From positions 10,069-74,068 of the forward strand of contig JBLWTS010000003.1 of assembly GCA_048270045.1 (NCBI GenBank): a stretch of 64,000 nt of DNA, in the 5' to 3' direction. A program made the translations under genes and the position numbers. This DNA comes from Aequorivita sp. Lineage in GTDB: Bacteria > Bacteroidota > Bacteroidia > Flavobacteriales > Flavobacteriaceae. Of this stretch, positions 57,148-64,000 are shown piece after piece (positions within the stretch are counted from its first letter, which is position 1; each line of letters starts with the position of its first letter). The notes beneath the pieces were generated by a model. It saw nothing but the letters and a program-made list of their open reading frames with translations, did no database searches and was not told where the DNA came from.

Positions 57148-57942
57148 CTACAGATCTTCCCCAAAGGCCTCTATATCGGAGAGATAGATTTCATTTAAAT
57201 ATTCATTATAATGGTCCTCTCGTTTATAGGCGAAATTCTCTTTGGCTTTTATTATGTATTTCCTCGCTTGTGGAAGGCTGTCCATTGCTTTATACACTTT
57301 GGCTAGATAAAAATAGGCCTCTGGTGTTTTGTCTGATTGAGCCAATGTTCTGTTCAATTCTATTATTGCTTTTTGGTAGTTTCCGAGTTCATATTCACAC
57401 ATCCCGAGATAAACAAAGGAATGGATATCTGCCCATTCTTCCGATTGATTTTTGATATTCAGATTGAAACGATCAATTGCTTTTTGGTATTCTTTTTTGC
57501 CATAATAATATTCACCCCGTAGGAAATCTATGTTTTCGCCCCATGGCGCATCGTTAAAGTTTGGGGTTAGACTATCCAGCTGGTCGAAATCTGCCAGTGC
57601 GCCGTCAAAATCCCTTAAAAATCGGAGCTTCATATAACCTCGATATCCCAAATGTTTTTTTGGCTCTAACGCCACCGCTTGATCTAAAAGTTCAAAACCT
57701 TTGTCGTGATGGCCGTATTTATTAAAAGCGATGGATTGCGAAAAGTAAATATCTGAATCATCAGGATTTTGAAACTTAAGAATTTCAAATAACGTTTCAG
57801 ACAATTCCGAGCCTTGCAAATGTCCAGCCGTCTTATATCGCTGCTCTTTATTTTGAAACAAAAGAAAAAATGCCAGTAATGATATATAAAGGAACAGTAC
57901 GAAGGAAATAAATATCTTCAGGATTTTTAAAAATAACTTCAT
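57148..57942 (-). CDS. TPR-repeat protein with N-terminal TM anchor
   Basis: 264 aa with several TPR-like units (YYYGKKEYQKAIDRFN, ELGNYQKAIIELNRTL, FYLAKVYKAMDSLPQARKY). Confidence 0.75.
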   Translation of the reverse strand: MKLFLKILKIFISFVLFLYISLLAFFLLFQNKEQRYKTAGHLQGSELSETLFEILKFQNPDDSDIYFSQSIAFNKYGHHDKGFELLDQAVALEPKKHLGYRGYMKLRFLRDFDGALADFDQLDSLTPNFNDAPWGENIDFLRGEYYYGKKEYQKAIDRFNLNIKNQSEEWADIHSFVYLGMCEYELGNYQKAIIELNRTLAQSDKTPEAYFYLAKVYKAMDSLPQARKYIIKAKENFAYKREDHYNEYLNEIYLSDIEAFGEDL

Positions 57943-57945
57943 AGC

Positions 57946-58446
57946 TTAAAAAATGTCAGTGATTTGTCCTTCTTCAATTTTGAAGTTTATAAAGTAATAG
58001 CTGTCATATTTATTACCATTATGGGGTTTTATCTCCCAGTTATTCAGCGTGCTGACAATATTTGTAAGCTCATTAATAGTTGCGCTGGAATAATTTGCGG
58101 CTTTCATCTCGGCATCAATCTCATTGGCTCTGAACAAACCGATTTCGCCATTACAGTTAACAATAAATCTGATAGTGACATAGCCGTTTTTAGAATCGAA
58201 TTGAATATTTTTTTCATTTATTAATGGGAGTAATTCCTTTTTTATCGCTTTTTTGCTCTCTACATAATCGGTCAAGGAGTGATAATGAGAAAGTATGTTT
58301 TTATTGCAAATGTTTAGTTCCTTGTGGTCCACACTGGCTTCATATTTTATGGGCAAAATATTATTGCTAATATTATACATCCAAACCGTCAAAGCCGTTG
58401 CAATAATCACGGTTGACAGCAGAAAAATATTCCAAAACTTTTTCAC
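57946..58446 (-). CDS. Membrane-anchored hypothetical protein
   Basis: 166 aa with an N-terminal TM segment. The stop lies 3 nt before the TPR gene start. Confidence 0.5.
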   Translation of the reverse strand: MKKFWNIFLLSTVIIATALTVWMYNISNNILPIKYEASVDHKELNICNKNILSHYHSLTDYVESKKAIKKELLPLINEKNIQFDSKNGYVTIRFIVNCNGEIGLFRANEIDAEMKAANYSSATINELTNIVSTLNNWEIKPHNGNKYDSYYFINFKIEEGQITDIF

Positions 58447-58749
58447 TTTAATGGGGGGTTAATATTGGTTAGTGATATCCGATTTCTCGATTTTCAAATA
58501 TAGATAATATAAAACACCTTGGTTGGTATCCAATAGTCATCGGTTGTGAGAAGATTGAAACACGAAAACGGAGCTTATTCATATAGATATCATCTCAGAA
58601 CAACTTCATTTTTGATTTCAATAGCGAAACGAATTTGAGTCTCGTAAGTCACATAACTATTAAATGATTTAAACTTTTCTAAAAACGGCAATATTTCAAA
58701 AAAGTTGGTTTATTTTGTAGAACACAATCCCAGTAAATATTGATAATAA

Positions 58750-59502
58750 ATGAGCGAATCTTATGTAACTTCAACGATCGAAAAAGGAATTACAACCATC
58801 GAATTCTTCCATCCAGCACAAAATAGTCTGCCAGGAGATCTTTTGGCAAAACTTGCAAATACGATTACCGAAGCGGGAAATGACGCTAAAGTAAAAGTAA
58901 TAATATTAAAAAGTGGTGGCGACCGAACTTTTTGTGCAGGCGCCAGTTTCACCGAATTAATAAACATCAACGATGCCGAAACCGGAAAAATATTTTTCAG
59001 CGGATTTGCAAATGTTATAAACGCCATGCGCAAATGTCCAAAATTTATCATTGGAAGAATCCAGGGAAAAGCTGTTGGTGGCGGGGTGGGAGTTGCATCG
59101 GCTACGGATTTTTGTATGGCAACAAAATTCGCAGCAATCAAGTTGAGTGAGTTGAATGTTGGAATAGGTCCATTTGTTGTCGGTCCAGCAGTTGAAAGAA
59201 AATTAGGCACTAGCGGTTACAGCCAAATCGCCATTGATGCGAACAGTTTTTACGACGCCGAATGGGCAAAACAAAAAGGATTGTACAATCATGTTTATGA
59301 TTCTTTGGAAGAGTTGGATGAGGCAGTTCAGAAGTTTGCTGAGAACCTTTGCAATTACAATCCTGAGGCAATGAAAGAAATGAAAAAGGTTTTTTGGAAC
59401 GGCACCGAGGATTGGGATGAATTGCTTGCTGAAAGAGCAGTGATTTCAGGAAGATTGGTATTGAGTGATTTTACGAAGGAAACTTTGAAGAGGTTTGAAT
59501 AG
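58750..59502 (+). CDS. Enoyl-CoA hydratase/isomerase family protein
   Basis: 250 aa. Crotonase motifs KSGGDRTFCAGASF and GKAVGGGVGVA. Confidence 0.85.
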   Translation: MSESYVTSTIEKGITTIEFFHPAQNSLPGDLLAKLANTITEAGNDAKVKVIILKSGGDRTFCAGASFTELININDAETGKIFFSGFANVINAMRKCPKFIIGRIQGKAVGGGVGVASATDFCMATKFAAIKLSELNVGIGPFVVGPAVERKLGTSGYSQIAIDANSFYDAEWAKQKGLYNHVYDSLEELDEAVQKFAENLCNYNPEAMKEMKKVFWNGTEDWDELLAERAVISGRLVLSDFTKETLKRFE

Positions 59503-59587
59503 TTGCTTGAGAATGGTTTTTGAACCAATCAAATGGAAATATATTCTGCAGGGAATTGACTAACTTTAGATTTTTAAAACGAGTGCT

Positions 59588-59893
59588 ATGGAAAGTGCCA
59601 CTAAGGATAAGATACTGGAGTTTCTGAAAGAACAAAAACCTTATTTATACAAAACGTTTAGCCTAACAAAGATTGGTCTATTTGGTTCTTTTGCTAATGA
59701 AAATGCCACATCAGAAAGTGACATAGACCTGATAGTTGAATTTGAAGAGGGAACTTCTGATATTTATGGAAAAAAGGAGTCTTTGCGTAATTTGCTTTTC
59801 AATAAATTCAATCGTTCTGTAGATGTTGCCTCTGAAAAATATTTAAAGCCTTATTATAAGCAAGAGATATTAAAAGAAGTGATTTATGTATAA
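59588..59893 (+). CDS. MNT-type nucleotidyltransferase antitoxin (type VII TA)
   Basis: GLFGSFANENATSESDIDLIVEF (GSxxR/N...DxD). It overlaps the DUF86 gene by 8 nt. Confidence 0.85.
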   Translation: MESATKDKILEFLKEQKPYLYKTFSLTKIGLFGSFANENATSESDIDLIVEFEEGTSDIYGKKESLRNLLFNKFNRSVDVASEKYLKPYYKQEILKEVIYV

Positions 59894-60233
59894 AAAGGAT
59901 AAGGCGAATCTGATGGCAATTCAAGATTCTTGTGCAAAAATAGTCGATTTTACACAAGGCATCTTTTCTGCGGAAGCGTTTTATCAAGATCAAAAAGTAT
60001 TTGATGCTGTGTTGATGAATTTTATCGTTTTAGGAGAGGCTGTTTCAAAAATCTCGACAGAATTTAAATCGAAATTTGCAACTGTTGAATGGAATAAGAT
60101 AAAATCATTTAGAAACATCGTAGCACATAATTATTTTGGTGTGGATGCGGAGGAGGTTTGGCAAATAATTGATCTTGACATTCCAATTCTTAATAAATCC
60201 GTTCAGGAAATAATTCAAGATTTGGAAGCATGA
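59886..60233 (+). CDS. HepT/DUF86-family RNase toxin
   Basis: 115 aa. FRNIVAHNYFGVD contains the Rx4HxY motif. It shares a 4-bp ATGA overlap with paaY. Confidence 0.85.
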   Translation: MYKKDKANLMAIQDSCAKIVDFTQGIFSAEAFYQDQKVFDAVLMNFIVLGEAVSKISTEFKSKFATVEWNKIKSFRNIVAHNYFGVDAEEVWQIIDLDIPILNKSVQEIIQDLEA

Positions 60234-60826
60234 TTTATTCTTTCAAAGGCCACATCCCCGTAATCCACGAATCAAGTTTCGTTCATCCACTAGCGGCTGT
60301 AACAGGCAATGTGCTAATAGGAAAAAATTGTTATATCGGCCCAGGAGCAGCAATTCGGGGCGATTGGGGCGAAATTATTTTGGAAGACGGAGTAAATGTG
60401 CAAGAAAATTGTACAGTGCACATGTTTCCAGGGAAAAGCATTATACTGAAAGAAGGCGCTCACGTAGGCCACGGAGCAATAATTCACGGTGCAAATTTGG
60501 GTAGAAATTGTTTGATAGGAATGAACAGCGTGATAATGGACGATGCTGAAATTGGCGATGAATGTATTGTTGGTGCCATGAGTTTTGTAAAAGCCGAAGA
60601 AAAATTTCCGAAGCGTAAGTTGATTGTCGGTAATCCTGCAAAAGCAATCAAAGATATTTCAGATGAAATGATTGCTTGGAAAACAGCGGGAACGAGATTG
60701 TATCAGCAATTACCAGCTGATTGTCATGAAAGTTTGAGGGAAGTAGAACCTTTGCTTGAAATACCTAAGAACAGGCCAATTCAAGAGGATTTTTATAAAA
60801 CCTTGGAAGAGTTTAGAAAGAAATAA
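60230..60826 (+). CDS. paaY: PaaY-like hexapeptide-repeat (gamma-carbonic-anhydrase fold) protein
   Basis: 198 aa. MIYSFKGHIPVIHESSFVHPLAAVTGNVLIGKNCYIGPGAAIRGDWG with a left-handed beta-helix repeat pattern. Confidence 0.8.
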   Translation: MIYSFKGHIPVIHESSFVHPLAAVTGNVLIGKNCYIGPGAAIRGDWGEIILEDGVNVQENCTVHMFPGKSIILKEGAHVGHGAIIHGANLGRNCLIGMNSVIMDDAEIGDECIVGAMSFVKAEEKFPKRKLIVGNPAKAIKDISDEMIAWKTAGTRLYQQLPADCHESLREVEPLLEIPKNRPIQEDFYKTLEEFRKK

Positions 60827-60976
60827 TGCTTCGATACAATCCTAATAATCCCGATAGCTTTCAGGACGGAATCACTCAGCAACCTTATTAAATTGATAAT
60901 TTTAATTGAGAAAAATGAACTTGACCTGCAAGGTATTGCCGCAGGCTACCTTTTAGGTCTTTCACAATTAACGCTC

Positions 60977-62176
60977 CTAATACATAAATCCGAACAGCCA
61001 TAAGGGAATGATATTCGGCGTACCAAATTCGATGTCGTCCCTCGCCACATAAGCTCTTGGAACATTCAAGATTTGTTTTCCCGATTTGTTTTTTCCACCT
61101 ATTTCAAAAGTGTAGGTGTTGTTTACTATAAAATCTCCTTTTTCAGCCAAATGTAAGATTTCACTCCTCCCGACTTGATTGGCAAAAAAAGTTTCCCGTA
61201 TTGCTCCTTTATCAGAGTTTTTACTGTCGAGTGCAAAAATTATATTGGCGTTGTGCAAGTATAGTTTCTCTGGCTTGGTAAAAGCTCCGATTCCTTTATT
61301 GGGTTTGAAGAGTTCAATGATCAAATCCGCTCTAGCTAATAATCGTAGCGCGTTGAGGAGATTTTTTCGGTTCATACCCAATCGCTCACTCAGTTTTGAA
61401 ATATTTGGGGTAAACGGAGTGCTTTGCGCAATGGCTACTAATAGCTTTTTGATTTTTCGGGTTTCGTCGAAACTAATATTTTCCACTGCATTCATATCGT
61501 TTTCGATAATTAGCATAATGGTTTGAAGCAGCTTTTGAGGATAAGTATTCCTGTTTTCTTTATAATATGGGTATGCCCCAAAAGAAAGGTAATCCTGAAA
61601 ATGCTTCAGAGGAAACTCTAGTTCTTTTTTAAGACTATCGGAAATATCTCGGTGGTTTTCCAAAATTTCTCCAAAGGTAAAAGTCGGTAATTCCTTTTCG
61701 AGTTCCAATTCGAGAAATTCTCGATATGACAATTCCTGAAGGGTGTAAGAAACTGCCCTTCTGCTCAAATCTGACTCCCCACTCAAAATATCCAGCATAG
61801 AAGATGATGTAAAAACAACCTTGAGTTCGGGAAATTGATCGTAAATCAACTTCAATTCCCTGGACCATCGCGGATATTTGTGAACTTCATCCAAAAAAAG
61901 AAATTTCCCACCAGAAAGTTGGAAATCTTTAGCCAAATCGACTATGGTGTTTTCTAAGAAATATAAATCATCCAAGGTGGCATATAGCGCCCGATTCTTA
62001 TCTTCTTCGTTTAAATCCAATTTAATACGTTGAAGCAAAAGTGTTGTTTTTCCTGTGCCACGCGTTCCCTTGACAGCTATCAGCCGATCGCTCCAATCGA
62101 TTTCTAGCGAAAGATATCTGCGGAAAGGAGACAGATGTTTTAATAGTGTTTCCTGAACAAGTCGTAATGAATCCAT
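60977..62176 (-). CDS. AAA+ ATPase (AAA_14 plus DUF4143 type)
   Basis: Walker A GTRGTGKTT and Walker B FLFLDEVH. I prefer the start at ATG 62176 (MDSLRLVQE). Confidence 0.8.
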   Translation of the reverse strand: MDSLRLVQETLLKHLSPFRRYLSLEIDWSDRLIAVKGTRGTGKTTLLLQRIKLDLNEEDKNRALYATLDDLYFLENTIVDLAKDFQLSGGKFLFLDEVHKYPRWSRELKLIYDQFPELKVVFTSSSMLDILSGESDLSRRAVSYTLQELSYREFLELELEKELPTFTFGEILENHRDISDSLKKELEFPLKHFQDYLSFGAYPYYKENRNTYPQKLLQTIMLIIENDMNAVENISFDETRKIKKLLVAIAQSTPFTPNISKLSERLGMNRKNLLNALRLLARADLIIELFKPNKGIGAFTKPEKLYLHNANIIFALDSKNSDKGAIRETFFANQVGRSEILHLAEKGDFIVNNTYTFEIGGKNKSGKQILNVPRAYVARDDIEFGTPNIIPLWLFGFMY

Positions 62177-62513
62177 TTCTATTGTGATAGAATTCAAAAA
62201 CAAATATACTTAGAATTGTTCTAATATGGAACATAAAATAGGAAAAATTGTTCTTTATAAGAACGATTATAGCTGATTTTGTTGTCAGATGGAACAAAAA
62301 AATCCTCTGTTTTAAATTGAAAGTGCGATCTGAAACTTAGGTTAGCTATCATAGAAAACTGGATTTCTGAAAAAGAATTACGTATTTTCGCATTGGAACT
62401 TTTTAACAAATTGGAATCAGCCAAAAGCCAATGATAGGTTTACAGATAACTAAACTCTCTGCGTTCTTTGCGGTAAATCATTCAACGCTGAGTTACCTAG
62501 GTCGCAAAGGAAT

Positions 62514-63818
62514 ATGAAAATAATGAACAAAACAGAATTCAAAATGCCCAAAATGGGCGAAAGCATTACCGAAGGCACCATCATTGAATGGCGTGTTAAT
62601 GAAGGCGATTCTTTTGAAGAAGGCGATATACTACTTGAGGTTGCTACGGATAAAGTGGACAATGAAGTCCCGGCACCCGTCTCAGGAAAAATGATAACGC
62701 ATAAGTTCAATAATGGAGATATAGTCCCGATAGGAGAAGTGATTGCAATTTTGGAACTTTCAGAAAATGGAGAATTAGTGAAAACTACTTCAAAAACGAA
62801 AGGGAAATCGAAGACTTCATCTTCATCTTCAAAAGATAAGGTTACTGAGCGGAGTCGAAGTACGACTTCATCTTCTTTCAAGGTAAACGAAAACATCTTT
62901 ATTTCACCTTTAGTTGATAGCATTGCAAGAAAAAATCATATCAGTTACGAAGAGCTTGCTAGAATTCCTGGAACTGGAAAAGACGGCCGTTTGCGAAAAA
63001 GTGATGTTTCAGAATATATAGAAAACGGACGTCCGTTTAAATTTGCGCAAAATACCCACGAAGGCGGGAATCCCACTTTTCAAGTTCCCGATTTAAAATT
63101 CGACAAAGGCAAAGGCAAGATTGTCGAAATGGATCGTATGCGGCAAATGATTGCCGACCATATGGTTTTTTCAAAACATACTTCTCCTCACGTAACTGCT
63201 TATGTAGAAGCGGATTTAACCGAAATGGTTAATTGGAGAAATATAAATAAGGAAGTCTTTCAGAAAAAATATGGCGAGCGATTGACGTTTACACCTTTAT
63301 TTGTAGAAGCTGTAGCGAAAGCAATCAAAGATTTCCCAATGATAAATTCTTCCTTAGATGGAAAAAATGTCATTGTAAAAGATGAAATAAATATCGGGAT
63401 GGCAACGGCACTACCTTCAGGAAACCTAATTGTTCCTGTTGTGCGAAATGCCGATAAAAAGAATTTAAAGGAATTGGCGGCAGCGACCAACGAACTTGCG
63501 GGAAAAGCTCGTGACAACAAATTGAAAGCAGATGACACCAGTGGCAGCACTTTTACAATCAGTAATGTAGGTACCTTCGGAAGTTTGATGGGCACGCCTA
63601 TTATCAACCAACCAGAAGCGGCAATTTTAGCCGTCGGAGTCATCAAAAAGCGCGCGGAGGTAATGGAACGTGAAAATGGAGATACCATTGAAATCCGTCA
63701 AATGATGTACCTTTCACTCTCTTTCGATCATAGAATAGTAGATGGGTTTTTAGCAGGTTCTTTTTTAAGAAGAATTGCTGAATATATGGAAGAATTTGAT
63801 GTGAAAAGGACGTTTTAG
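62514..63818 (+). CDS. 2-oxoacid dehydrogenase E2 component (dihydrolipoamide acyltransferase)
   Basis: Lipoyl domain LEVATDKVDNEVPAP, an S/T/K-rich linker, the E3-binding segment SPLVDSIARKNHISYEELARIPGTGKDGRLRKSD, and the catalytic LSLSFDHRIVDG. Confidence 0.92.
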   Translation: MKIMNKTEFKMPKMGESITEGTIIEWRVNEGDSFEEGDILLEVATDKVDNEVPAPVSGKMITHKFNNGDIVPIGEVIAILELSENGELVKTTSKTKGKSKTSSSSSKDKVTERSRSTTSSSFKVNENIFISPLVDSIARKNHISYEELARIPGTGKDGRLRKSDVSEYIENGRPFKFAQNTHEGGNPTFQVPDLKFDKGKGKIVEMDRMRQMIADHMVFSKHTSPHVTAYVEADLTEMVNWRNINKEVFQKKYGERLTFTPLFVEAVAKAIKDFPMINSSLDGKNVIVKDEINIGMATALPSGNLIVPVVRNADKKNLKELAAATNELAGKARDNKLKADDTSGSTFTISNVGTFGSLMGTPIINQPEAAILAVGVIKKRAEVMERENGDTIEIRQMMYLSLSFDHRIVDGFLAGSFLRRIAEYMEEFDVKRTF

Positions 63819-63839
63819 TGTGAAAGGAACGTTTTGAAT

Positions 63840-63990
63840 CACGACCGTTCGCTTTGCTTACTGCACGAACCAGGACAGGGATAGCCGTGAATCAAATCGT
63901 CAAATTTTGAAAAGTCGTGAATCGTGTAGTCCAGCTAGCGGGATGATCGTGGTTCAAACCGTCCAACAATAAGCCAATGGTAAATAAAAT
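63840..63990. repeat. Degenerate copies of the GTCGTGATTC-type repeat family in both orientations
   Basis: GAATCACGACCG, AGTCGTGAATCG and GATCGTGGTTCAAACCGTCCAAC were read directly. They are related to 5865..5969 and 13400..13676. Confidence 0.6.
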
Positions 63991-64000
63991 GAATAAAAAG

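Overview
Low-GC chromosomal segment that looks like Flavobacteriia (Bacteroidota): T9SS C-terminal sorting domains, a GLPGLI-family protein, TAnnTTTG -7 promoter boxes and short leaders. I recognised no rRNA, tRNA, CRISPR array or transposase. The left ~7 kb is an accessory island. It holds a partial GHKL ATPase (hand-translated, absent from the ORF track) and a CI/XRE-like repressor, then a + strand module. That module runs: small HTH ORF, an enlarged ECF-type sigma factor, a ~105-nt structured RNA element, a 366-aa Cas12f/TnpB-like protein that ends before the zinc-ribbon/RuvC-III region, and a second copy of the RNA element. I read this as a candidate RNA-guided transcription system (nuclease-dead Cas12f-like effector, dedicated sigma factor, two guide RNAs); it is the main finding. 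The rest is mostly core metabolism. There is a phosphate block (ppa, hppA, App1-like, ppk1). There is also a phenylacetate (paa) catabolic cluster, paaE-A-B-C-D ... G-H-I ... J ... Z, with paaY about 20 kb further on. The paa cluster is repeatedly interrupted by small selfish-looking modules: two four-helix-bundle genes, AbiEi/AbiEii, MazEF-like and MNT/HepT pairs. Other content includes T9SS-secreted proteins, methyltransferases, a second ordinary ECF sigma operon and a 2-oxoacid dehydrogenase E2. Intergenic spacers are unusually rich in short tandem repeats (6-15 nt periods) and REP-like palindromes. These repeats generate several spurious ORFs and false N-terminal extensions.
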